DNA from: SAR86 cluster bacterium SAR86A | GTDB taxonomy: Bacteria; Pseudomonadota; Gammaproteobacteria; Magnimaribacterales; D2472 | DNA: 64,000 nt | Reading direction: 5' to 3' | Assembly (NCBI GenBank): GCA_000252525.1 | Contig: JH611156.1 | Location: 433,503-497,502, forward strand | In this document: positions 1 to 8,337 of the stretch, piece by piece | How positions within the stretch are numbered: the stretch's first letter is position 1 | How the letters are laid out: every line of letters starts with the position of its first letter | The notes under the pieces: generated by a model | Seen by the model: only the letters and a program-made list of their open reading frames with translations | What the model was told of the DNA's origin: nothing | Database searches by the model: none | Program-made: the position numbers and the translations under genes

Positions 1-69
1 TCTAAGAAACCATTTATTTGAGCTTCGCTGGGCATAACTTTGTTTTCAACTTTCATAATTAATACACCT

Positions 70-96
70 TTGACATATATTACGACAATATATTAT
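70..96 (+). promoter_or_regulatory. candidate sigma70-like promoter upstream of the dehalogenase operon
   Basis: TTGACA at 70-75, 15-nt spacer, TATTAT at 91-96, about 27 nt before the ATG at 124. Hexamer matches are weak evidence in DNA this AT-rich. Confidence 0.2.
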
Positions 97-123
97 CTTA
101 AAGTATATTACTGGAGAATACTG

Positions 124-1248
124 ATGAATAAAGTTTTTTCAATTTTATTTTTTATTCTGATTATATCTATAGGGCTATTTCAATATATTAGAAACTCTGA
201 ACCATCTATTAATTATGAGAGATTCAATTTAGTTTCTCCTGGAATATTAAGAACACCTGATGAACGGTTTGAAGACTTAAAAGATTATCCATTCATACCA
301 AATTATTTAACAATTGGTGATACAAGAATTCATTATATTGATGAAGGCCCTAAAGATGGACAGATTGTTTATTTGCTTCATGGAGAACCTACATGGAGTT
401 ATTTATTTAGGAAGATGATACCAACCCTTGTAAATGAAGGATTTAGAGTTATTGCACCAGATATGGTTGGATTTGGTAAATCAGATAAATACATATCAAC
501 AGATGATTATTCACATCAAATGCACGTTGAAAAAATGACTCAATTAGTAGTAGAGCTTGATTTAAAAAATATAACTGCACATTTTCATGACTGGGGTGGA
601 CCTGTTGGATTTCGAGTATTAGCAGAGGAACCAAATAGATTCGATAGAGTTATTGCAACCAATACAAGTTTGCCTGCAACTGGTAGAGGTTTTATGAATG
701 ACTTGAGAAGTTACTTATTATGGCCAATATTTAAATTTACGATATGGTTTCAAGGACCTGCTACTTGGGAAGAATTTATTGGTGGCGATGGATTTACAAA
801 TTGGATTAGGTACTCAACGTATACAGATAACATTGACATTGCTGGAATTATGCAGATTCTTGGGTCTGTATCTGAGGAAGAAAGCATTGCTTACGAAGCT
901 CCATATCCAAATGCTACATATAAAGCAGGAGCTCAGATTTTTCCGTATCTAATTCCGAGTGAAATTAGAAAAAATGAAATGGCATATAGAGAAGTATTAG
1001 AAAAATGGGATAAACCATTTTTAATTGCAAATTCCGATAATGATCCTGTAACTGGTAATAATCCTGAGATTGTTGAACTATTAAAGAGGATACCTACAGC
1101 ACAACAAATCGTTATAAGCGGTCCTGGACACTTTGTTCAAGAAGAAGCAGGACCTGAATATGCTCAATTAATAATAGATTTTATTAATGGAAAACCTGAG
1201 GGATTTACTGTTGAAAAGAAAGTTCTAGATAAGAATTCTATTTTATAA
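124..1248 (+). CDS. haloalkane dehalogenase, DhlA-like (HLD-I alpha/beta hydrolase) with N-terminal hydrophobic anchor
   Basis: HGEPTWSYLFRKMIPTLVNEGFRVIAPDMVGFGKSDK is nearly identical in pattern to Xanthobacter DhlA. Nucleophile elbow is HDWGG, cap Trp is in GFTNWIRY, catalytic His is in GPGHFVQEE. Start moved from 40 to the ATG at 124, which has GGAG 7 nt upstream. The N-terminus VFSILFFILIISIGLFQYI is a TM or signal segment. Confidence 0.85.
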   Translation: MNKVFSILFFILIISIGLFQYIRNSEPSINYERFNLVSPGILRTPDERFEDLKDYPFIPNYLTIGDTRIHYIDEGPKDGQIVYLLHGEPTWSYLFRKMIPTLVNEGFRVIAPDMVGFGKSDKYISTDDYSHQMHVEKMTQLVVELDLKNITAHFHDWGGPVGFRVLAEEPNRFDRVIATNTSLPATGRGFMNDLRSYLLWPIFKFTIWFQGPATWEEFIGGDGFTNWIRYSTYTDNIDIAGIMQILGSVSEEESIAYEAPYPNATYKAGAQIFPYLIPSEIRKNEMAYREVLEKWDKPFLIANSDNDPVTGNNPEIVELLKRIPTAQQIVISGPGHFVQEEAGPEYAQLIIDFINGKPEGFTVEKKVLDKNSIL

Positions 1249-1269
1249 ATTTATATATACAATTACTTT

Positions 1270-2193
1270 ATGAATAGAGTTACTGCTCATACAGGATCTA
1301 AGTATCCAATTATTCAAGCTCCAATGGGTTGGATCGCAAGAAGTCAACTTGCTTCCGCTGTTTGTGAAGCTGGTGGAATGGGAATTATAGAAACCTCATC
1401 TGGAGAAATTGATAATTGCAAGAAAGAAATCCAATTAATGTCAGATTTAACTGATAAACCATTTGGAGTTAATTTACCTTTATTATTTCTTAAAGACGAC
1501 TCGATGGTAAACTTTTGTGTTGATGCTGGAGTAAGATTTGTTACAACATCTGCTGGCGACCCAACTAAATATATTGGAGTTTTGAAAGATGCTGGAATAA
1601 CTGTTTATCATGCAGTACCAAGTCTTGATGGGGCATTAAAAGCTGCAAATGCGGGTGTTGATGGATTGGTAGTTGAAGGAACAGAGGGGGGTGGCTTTAA
1701 AAGTCCAGTTGAAGTTGGTTTATTAGTATTAATTCAATCAATCAAACAAAACATTGATATACCCATTATAGCAGCTGGAGGAATTGTAGACGGAGCTGGT
1801 ATGGCTGCAGTTTTTGCAGCTGGTGCTGAGGGTATTCAAATGGGCACTAGATTTGTTTCAAGTCTTGAAAGCCCAGTTCATGATAATTTTAAGAATAAAA
1901 TAGTTGAATCTGGAATTGATGGAACTTACATTCTTAATAAAAAATCTAAACCTGTGATTAGAGCCTTAAAATCAAATTTAACAGATAAAATTAATGATTC
2001 TGGTCAAATGGATATGTCAGCTCTTATGAATATTAAGGATTTATATTTTGACGGTGACATGGAAGCAGCACCAGCATTATCAGGTCAGTCAATTGGATTA
2101 ATAAATGAAGTCAAATCAGTCAAACAAATAGTTGATGAAATTATTAATGAATTCAATAATACTTGTGAATCATTAGGCAATATAAGATTTTAA
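1270..2193 (+). CDS. nitronate monooxygenase (NMO / 2-nitropropane dioxygenase / FabK-like) family flavoenzyme
   Basis: N-terminal YPIIQAPMGWIA motif, TIM-barrel Gly-rich segments (AAGGIVDG, GIQMGTRF), 307 aa. Confidence 0.8.
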   Translation: MNRVTAHTGSKYPIIQAPMGWIARSQLASAVCEAGGMGIIETSSGEIDNCKKEIQLMSDLTDKPFGVNLPLLFLKDDSMVNFCVDAGVRFVTTSAGDPTKYIGVLKDAGITVYHAVPSLDGALKAANAGVDGLVVEGTEGGGFKSPVEVGLLVLIQSIKQNIDIPIIAAGGIVDGAGMAAVFAAGAEGIQMGTRFVSSLESPVHDNFKNKIVESGIDGTYILNKKSKPVIRALKSNLTDKINDSGQMDMSALMNIKDLYFDGDMEAAPALSGQSIGLINEVKSVKQIVDEIINEFNNTCESLGNIRF

Positions 2194-2195
2194 TA

Positions 2196-3089
2196 ATGCC
2201 TTTAAGCACCAAACTAGATAAAAGAAACGAAGAGATAAAAATATATATCAATGGAGAATTTTTTCATAGAGATCAGGCAAAAATATCAGTATTTGATAGT
2301 GGTTTTCTGCTTGGTGACGGTATTTGGGAAGGAATTAGATTAGTCAATAATTCTTGGTTATTTCTTGATGAACATCTTGATCGATTATATGAAGGATGTA
2401 AGGCAATTGATATTCGGCTTGATGAAGATAAAAAATTTCTTACAAATGCAATAATCGAAACACAAAAAATAAATAATATAACTGATGCTGCACATGCAAG
2501 AGTAATGGTAACAAGGGGAAATAAAATCAAACCATTTCAACAACCATCGTTATCAAAAGATGGTATTAACCTTGTCATAATTATGGAGCATTCTGAGGAA
2601 CATCCTAATACAGATGGAGTAAAGTTAGTTACTGTTCCTCAAGTTCGGGGGTTACCAATGTCGCAAGATCCAAAATTAAATAGTCACTCAAAATTAAATT
2701 GTATTATTGCGTGCATTCAAGCAAACAAATCGGGAGGAGATGAAGCGTTGATGTTAGACCCACTTGGATTTGTTAATACAACAAATTCATGTAATTTCTT
2801 TATTGTAAAAAATGGAGAAGTTTGGACGAGTACCGGAGATTATTGCATGAATGGTATTACTAGATTAAAAGTAATAGAAATATGCAAGAATAACAAAATA
2901 CCTATATATGAAAAAAATTTTTCTTTAGTAGATGTCTATTCATCCCAAGAGGCTTTTATAACAGGTACACTCGGGTCATTAACTCAAGTCACTAATGTTG
3001 ATGATAGATTAATAGGTAATGTAAATCATGGTTGGCCTGTAACTGAAAAGCTGAGAAAACTTTATAAAGACTTAATTTATGCCCAATAA
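2196..3089 (+). CDS. PLP fold-type IV aminotransferase (D-amino-acid / branched-chain / ADC-lyase class)
   Basis: Length 297 aa. Candidate PLP-lysine context HSKLNCIIACIQANKSGGDEALMLD resembles the D-AAT and PabC KxLN motif. Specificity cannot be assigned from sequence. Confidence 0.7.
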   Translation: MPLSTKLDKRNEEIKIYINGEFFHRDQAKISVFDSGFLLGDGIWEGIRLVNNSWLFLDEHLDRLYEGCKAIDIRLDEDKKFLTNAIIETQKINNITDAAHARVMVTRGNKIKPFQQPSLSKDGINLVIIMEHSEEHPNTDGVKLVTVPQVRGLPMSQDPKLNSHSKLNCIIACIQANKSGGDEALMLDPLGFVNTTNSCNFFIVKNGEVWTSTGDYCMNGITRLKVIEICKNNKIPIYEKNFSLVDVYSSQEAFITGTLGSLTQVTNVDDRLIGNVNHGWPVTEKLRKLYKDLIYAQ

Positions 3090-3798
3090 TTTGATAATTG
3101 CGATGTGGTCAGGCCCACGTAATTTATCTACTGCCTTAATGAGAAGCTTTGCGAACAGAAAAGATGTTACTAATGTTATTGATGAACCTTTTTACGCATC
3201 TTATCTTAAACACACCGGTAAAGATCATCCTATGAAAAAAGAAGTAATAAAAAGTCAGTCCAGTAATATCGATGATGTAAAAAAATTATGTAATAAGATT
3301 CATAAGGGAATTACATATCAAAAACATATGACGCAACATATATTAGATAAAGATTATGAATGGATAAATTCTTTAAATAATTGCTTTCTAATAAGACATC
3401 CACAAATGGTTGTAAAAAGTTTTATGAAATCTTGGAAAGATGGTGAATTTGAAGATATAGGATTTCAACAGCAATACGATATTTATAATCATGTTAAAAA
3501 TTATATTGATGAAAATCCATTAATAATTGACTCCTCGAGACTAAGAGAAAATCCAAAAAAAATATTATCAAAATTTTGTAATCAAATTGGTATTGATGAA
3601 GATGAAAGAATGTATAAATGGAAACCAGGGATTGCAAGCTACGATGGTGTGTGGGCATCACATTGGTATAAGTCTGTAATAGATTCAGATAGTTTTACTC
3701 CTGAAATTAAAAAAGATATAACTTTAACTGACGATGAGAAAAGAATAGTCGATATGGCTATGCCAATTTATGAAGAGTTATTAGAAAATTCTATTTAA
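3079..3798 (+). CDS. sulfotransferase-like / P-loop-like protein of uncertain function
   Basis: N-terminal IIAMWSGPRNLSTALMRSF resembles the PAPS-binding 5-prime-PSB loop of a bacterial sulfotransferase-like family. Overlaps the upstream aminotransferase by 11 nt. Family assignment is from memory only. Confidence 0.4.
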   Translation: MPNNLIIAMWSGPRNLSTALMRSFANRKDVTNVIDEPFYASYLKHTGKDHPMKKEVIKSQSSNIDDVKKLCNKIHKGITYQKHMTQHILDKDYEWINSLNNCFLIRHPQMVVKSFMKSWKDGEFEDIGFQQQYDIYNHVKNYIDENPLIIDSSRLRENPKKILSKFCNQIGIDEDERMYKWKPGIASYDGVWASHWYKSVIDSDSFTPEIKKDITLTDDEKRIVDMAMPIYEELLENSI

Positions 3799-4214
3799 CT
3801 ATTTTCAGAATCTTCAATTTTTTCTCTCATCATAATTTTTTGAAGACTGATTTTATCCTTTAGAGTCATGATATAAGCAGCGATTGATAATATTAAAATA
3901 CCTGATGCTTCATATATTATATTAATGGCATTTAAATCCTTGCTTTGCAATATTATCATTCTTGTTAAAGCTGTCATTGCAATAATTAAAGGTAAAGTAA
4001 CTGGAATTCTATTATTAGCATAAAAAGAAGCAACCATTCCAAGCACTTCTGCATAAATAAACAACAGAAATAAATCACTTAGATTTACTGTTTCAACCTC
4101 AATTATCCTAACAATCTCGGATGCTGTAGCAAATAGTGTAGCTACTGCGATTAAAAGTAATATTGCTCTTTCACCAATCCAAATGAATTTTTGGACTACG
4201 TTTGGTTCATTCAT
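3795..4214 (-). CDS. psiE: PsiE-family (phosphate-starvation-inducible) inner-membrane protein
   Basis: 139 aa with four hydrophobic segments. The stretch LFIYAEVLGMVASFYANNRIPVTLPLIIAMTALTRMIIL parallels E. coli PsiE [39 protein letters not shown]. Confidence 0.55.
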   Translation of the reverse strand: MNEPNVVQKFIWIGERAILLLIAVATLFATASEIVRIIEVETVNLSDLFLLFIYAEVLGMVASFYANNRIPVTLPLIIAMTALTRMIILQSKDLNAINIIYEASGILILSIAAYIMTLKDKISLQKIMMREKIEDSENS

Positions 4215-4250
4215 GCTTTAATTTTACACATTAAATATCTAATCTCAAAG

Positions 4251-5114
4251 TTACTGTTTTGGTGGTAGAAGAAGAAGTTGAGACGTTTTTTCCATATATT
4301 CTTGATAATCAGATCTATTTTTAAGACTTCTTTCATCCATTAATGGACAAGATACAAATACAAATAACATCATCATAGGTATTGGACAAAGGATTATTAA
4401 AATTGGAGCAGCATCTGAATTTATGCCAATTAAACATATACCAAACCAAAACAATAATTCACCTAAATAATTTGGATGTCTTGAATATTTCCATAATTTA
4501 AATTTCATTGTTTTTCCTTTGTTTGCAGGATTATTTCTAAAGTTCCTCATTTGCTCGTCAGCAATAGTCTCAAGAACTACAGCTAGTAATGTGAACAATA
4601 ATGAAATACACAATGAAAACGTAATTGATATTTCAAATGTAAATACGTATAAAAGGGGATAAAGAGACAGATTTACTATGAGAGTAGGAAATAAATGTAT
4701 TCCAAATAAATTATTTATTTCACTTTTTATCCAATATGTATTTTTAAGATCTATATATCTAAAGTCCTCATGGCTTAATCCAGGCCACCCAAAAATCCAA
4801 TTCCTAGTAAGTCTTATTCCCCAAAAAATTATTGGAATTAATATTATTAAGTTTGTGAGAAAGGAATTTTCAGAAATGGTAGCAAGATAGATAACTATTG
4901 CTAATGGCGCTACTGACCAAAAAGGATCATATAAACTTGAATTTTTTAATACAAGACTTCCAAAATAAACAAATAAAGTTGCATAAATATGCCAGATGGT
5001 TATTTTTAACCAAATGTTGTTAATTGTTTCTGGTAAAAGAATAAATGAAAAATAAAATGCCAGTAAATAGATTACAAAACAAATCGTTAGACTTGATAAT
5101 TTTGAAGTAAACAT
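4251..5114 (-). CDS. DUF1295 / steroid-5-alpha-reductase-like polytopic membrane protein
   Basis: Multi-TM protein with the C-terminal motif WKYSRHPNYLGELLFWFG, typical of the DUF1295/ICMT/steroid-reductase superfamily. Confidence 0.7.
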   Translation of the reverse strand: MFTSKLSSLTICFVIYLLAFYFSFILLPETINNIWLKITIWHIYATLFVYFGSLVLKNSSLYDPFWSVAPLAIVIYLATISENSFLTNLIILIPIIFWGIRLTRNWIFGWPGLSHEDFRYIDLKNTYWIKSEINNLFGIHLFPTLIVNLSLYPLLYVFTFEISITFSLCISLLFTLLAVVLETIADEQMRNFRNNPANKGKTMKFKLWKYSRHPNYLGELLFWFGICLIGINSDAAPILIILCPIPMMMLFVFVSCPLMDERSLKNRSDYQEYMEKTSQLLLLPPKQ

Positions 5115-5120
5115 GAAAAT

Positions 5121-5137
5121 GGGGCCATTAAGACCCC
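5121..5137 (-). terminator. weak GC hairpin between the small membrane ORF and the DUF1295 gene
   Basis: GGGG (5121-5124) and CCCC (5134-5137) flank a 9-nt loop, with T-rich flanks on both strands. It is the only GC element in this 34-nt spacer. The stem is only 4 bp. Confidence 0.25.
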
Positions 5138-5148
5138 TTTAATTTTAT

Positions 5149-5529
5149 CTATTTCTTTGACCAAACAATTAGTAATTGAAAAACTACTACAAGAAGGACA
5201 AATAAAGTTTGAACAGCTCCACCTATAGATAATGGTGAATCTGGATATTCTTGCATTCTTTCTGCAGATGGGGCTCCAATATCAGCCAATGTTGTTACAG
5301 CAGTATCTAATATAGCTGCACCAATTTGCTGAGTATAGAACATCATTACACCAACCAAAACACAAAAAGCTGAAGTGAAAACTTTAGCACCCATATTTGC
5401 ATCTTGACTGTTATAAATGTTATTTGCCATTCTAAATCCGAGCCAAGTTAATAAAACCATGCCCACAAAATACATAGCATTACTTATTAACCCTACATAC
5501 ATCATGTTGAATACTTGATATTCAGTCAT
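5149..5529 (-). CDS. small three-TM membrane protein, uncharacterised
   Basis: Three hydrophobic helices. GAGGAGA lies immediately upstream, and its spacing favours the second ATG (5529) over the track start (5535). I recognise no family. Confidence 0.6.
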   Translation of the reverse strand: MTEYQVFNMMYVGLISNAMYFVGMVLLTWLGFRMANNIYNSQDANMGAKVFTSAFCVLVGVMMFYTQQIGAAILDTAVTTLADIGAPSAERMQEYPDSPLSIGGAVQTLFVLLVVVFQLLIVWSKK

Positions 5530-5678
5530 ATACATTCTCCTCTATAAATTAAGCTTAAATAATAATACAAATTATTACTTTAGTTTAGTTAGATAGAAAG
5601 AATATATATAAAAATTTTATACATAATAATGGTGCTTACTTATATAAAATTCTATTATTAGATTAGGAGGATAAACAT

Positions 5679-6410
5679 ATGTTTATAAAATTAATTATTT
5701 CTTTTTTATTTATAACTTCAATAAATCTTTTATCTGACGAAACAGTTTCTATGGAGTCAGATGGAACAGTAGCTGAATTTAATTATTTAACTGTAACAGA
5801 TCCAGCTAGTTTCATGATGGCATTAGACAGGTTTGATAAATCTGATTGTGCAAAAAAGTGGCGAGAAGAGTCTGGAGTGCTTGTAAGTCTTTGGTCGCTG
5901 CGTGGCTCAGGATCTAGCCATTTTATTTTAGTGGTTTATGAAAATTATGAAATGATGGAAAAAGGTAGAGCTATTTTCTCATCGTGTAAAGATTCTGCTT
6001 ATATGATTAAATCATTTCAAGATAATACAGATACAGATAGATCATGGAATTGGATATCTGAAAACCTAGTAGCTGCAAGAGCATGGACAAATAATACTGC
6101 TTTTGCAAAATACAATTTTAATATTGAGCCAGGACATGAATCTCATTATATGAATTCATGGAAAAATTTTATGAGTTCTCAATTGAATACATTTGATGGT
6201 TCATTTGGTTTGAATAGGATTGCCTATGGTAATAGATATGTTTCTCATATGGTCTATTTAGGAGCTAATTCAATGGATCAATTGGATAAGGGTATTAAGT
6301 CAGCAACTGCATCCAAGGAGTACATGGATTTTGCATCTGATGTATCATCTATTAGACAGAATATAAATGTTGAACTTGTTCAATTAGTTAAATTTTATAC
6401 AGGAGAATAA
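5679..6410 (+). CDS. secreted protein built from two tandem ~100-aa modules, uncharacterised
   Basis: Signal-like N-terminus MFIKLIISFLFITSINLLS. Strong AGGAGG 8 nt upstream. Internal duplication is visible (AEFNYLTV...SSHFILVVYENYEMMEKG versus AKYNFNIE...VSHMVYLGANSMDQLDKG). Confidence 0.65.
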   Translation: MFIKLIISFLFITSINLLSDETVSMESDGTVAEFNYLTVTDPASFMMALDRFDKSDCAKKWREESGVLVSLWSLRGSGSSHFILVVYENYEMMEKGRAIFSSCKDSAYMIKSFQDNTDTDRSWNWISENLVAARAWTNNTAFAKYNFNIEPGHESHYMNSWKNFMSSQLNTFDGSFGLNRIAYGNRYVSHMVYLGANSMDQLDKGIKSATASKEYMDFASDVSSIRQNINVELVQLVKFYTGE

Positions 6411-6411
6411 T

Positions 6412-6819
6412 ATGAAATATTTTTTATCAATTAGTTTTTTATTGCTTATCGCAACTGATCTTTATTCAGATGATCATTCTGAAGAACAATCATTTCCAGG
6501 AATGGTCTCTTCTGATGTTTTTGACATGGGTGGTGGAATGGAAATGCATGTTGAAAGAAGAAAAACATGTAATCAGGGAACAGTTCCTAAACATTTTCAT
6601 CCTGCGGCAGGAACTCTTGTATATGTTCTTGATGGTGTTTCTCAATCTAAATCAACCGGTAAGTGGAAAAAATATTCAAATAACGAGTATTGGTTTGAAA
6701 AATCAGACTGGGTACATGGTGGAGAAGATGATGCACCTGATTTAGGTGAGGCTTGTTCTGATTTGCTAGTCATTCGTGTTGCTGAATCTGGTAAAGATCA
6801 TACTGTCTTCATAGATTAG
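6412..6819 (+). CDS. secreted cupin-like small protein
   Basis: Signal-like N-terminus. PKHFHPAAGTLVYVLDG resembles cupin motif 1 (HxH). Starts 1 nt after the upstream stop and has a GGAG RBS. Confidence 0.55.
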   Translation: MKYFLSISFLLLIATDLYSDDHSEEQSFPGMVSSDVFDMGGGMEMHVERRKTCNQGTVPKHFHPAAGTLVYVLDGVSQSKSTGKWKKYSNNEYWFEKSDWVHGGEDDAPDLGEACSDLLVIRVAESGKDHTVFID

Positions 6820-6834
6820 TAACTTCAATAATAT

Positions 6835-6864
6835 AAACCCGCTGTTTGAGCGGGTTTTTTATTT
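6835..6864 (+). terminator. rho-independent terminator
   Basis: A 9-bp stem AAACCCGCT / AGCGGGTTT with a 5-nt loop GTTTG, followed by TTTTTTATTT, 16 nt after the cupin stop. This is the only classical terminator I could find in the window. Confidence 0.85.
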
Positions 6865-6912
6865 CCTTTAAATTAAATTAAAATATATATTGTAAATATA
6901 CATATCTAATTA

Positions 6913-8319
6913 ATGACAATTAAAAAACCAACTATTACTGAAGTGATCTTAAGAGATGGTCAACAGTCATTAATAGCTACTCGAATGAAAACTGAGGATA
7001 TGATTCCAATTTTAAAAGATATGGATAAAGTTGGTTACTCGTCAGTTGAAGTTTGGGGTGGAGCAACATACGATTGTTGTTTACGTTACCTAGATGAAAA
7101 TCCCTGGGATAGATTAAAAGTTTTTAAAAAATCCTTCAAAAATACTAAATTACAAATGCTTCTTAGAGGTAAAAATTTAGTTGGTTATAGGCAATTTGAT
7201 GATTCAGTAATCGAATTCTTTATCCAAAACTCTATTAAATATGGCATCAATATTTTTAGAATCTTTGATGCCTTGAATGATATAAATAATATTGAATCTT
7301 CAATCAAATTTGTTAAAAAAGGTAAAGAAAATGCACAAGGAACAATTTGTTATACAACTAGTCCGGTTCATAATGAAAGATATTGGATCAAATTAGCGAA
7401 AGATATTGAAGATATTGGTGCAACTTCTTTAGCTATAAAGGATATGGCAGGCTTATTGAGACCAAGAACATGTTATGAACTTGTTAAAAAGCTCAAAAAA
7501 AACCTAAATATACCCATTCATTTACATACTCACTCAACAACAGGTCTCTCTGATGCGACAAATTTTAAGGCTTATGAGGCTGGTATAGACAATATCGATA
7601 CAAGCATCTCTTCGTTTAGTAATCTTTATGCTCATACTGCCACAGAGAGTTTTATCTCAATGATGTATTCTGAAGAAAAGAATCCATTTGATATGAAATT
7701 ACTCACAAAAATCTCTGAATACTTCAATGAGGTCAGAAAAAAATATAAGAAATATGAAGGGTCGATGAGGGGAGTAGATGTCAATATGCTCATAAATCAA
7801 GTCCCTGGTGGAATGTTGAGTATATTAGAAAAACAATTACTAGATCTAAATAAGGCAGATAAACTTAAATTACTTATTGATGAAATACCAAAAATAAGAA
7901 AAGACGTTGGATATGTTCCCCTGGTTACTCCATCATCACAAATTGTAGGTGCTCAAGCATTGATGAACGTTCTAGATGATCAAAGATATAAAACACTAAA
8001 TAAAGAATTTATTGACATGGTGAATGGAAAATATGGAAAAATTCCTGGTGATATTTGCCCAAAACTCAAGAAAAAAATAGATAAAGCAAGTAAAAATATT
8101 GACATTGATGATGATGTACAAAACTTAGAATTTTATAAAAATGAATTCAAAGAGTTCTGCTCAGACAACCAACTTAAAAAAATATCTAAAAATCCAACTG
8201 ATTTATTAAATTTTATTTTATTTCCGAAAGAAGCAAAAGATTTTTATTTACATAAAAATAAGAGCACTTTGAATGATATTATAGGTTTACAAGAAGGCTT
8301 CGGCTTATATGTTGATTAA
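6913..8319 (+). CDS. oxaloacetate decarboxylase alpha / pyruvate carboxylase B-type carboxyltransferase (5S-like) lacking a biotinyl domain
   Basis: ILRDGQQS, LAIKDMAGLL (carbamyl-Lys context) and HLHTHSTTG metal motifs. At 468 aa it ends without an (A/E)MKM biotinylation motif. Confidence 0.8.
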   Translation: MTIKKPTITEVILRDGQQSLIATRMKTEDMIPILKDMDKVGYSSVEVWGGATYDCCLRYLDENPWDRLKVFKKSFKNTKLQMLLRGKNLVGYRQFDDSVIEFFIQNSIKYGINIFRIFDALNDINNIESSIKFVKKGKENAQGTICYTTSPVHNERYWIKLAKDIEDIGATSLAIKDMAGLLRPRTCYELVKKLKKNLNIPIHLHTHSTTGLSDATNFKAYEAGIDNIDTSISSFSNLYAHTATESFISMMYSEEKNPFDMKLLTKISEYFNEVRKKYKKYEGSMRGVDVNMLINQVPGGMLSILEKQLLDLNKADKLKLLIDEIPKIRKDVGYVPLVTPSSQIVGAQALMNVLDDQRYKTLNKEFIDMVNGKYGKIPGDICPKLKKKIDKASKNIDIDDDVQNLEFYKNEFKEFCSDNQLKKISKNPTDLLNFILFPKEAKDFYLHKNKSTLNDIIGLQEGFGLYVD

Positions 8320-8337
8320 CTAATTTAGGTAAAAATA

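Noticed and set aside
40-123. Upstream extension of the dehalogenase ORF (track start at 40)
   Set aside because: The ATG at 124 has GGAG 7 nt upstream and begins a sensible signal or anchor. The extra 28 residues look like read-through of AT-rich leader sequence.
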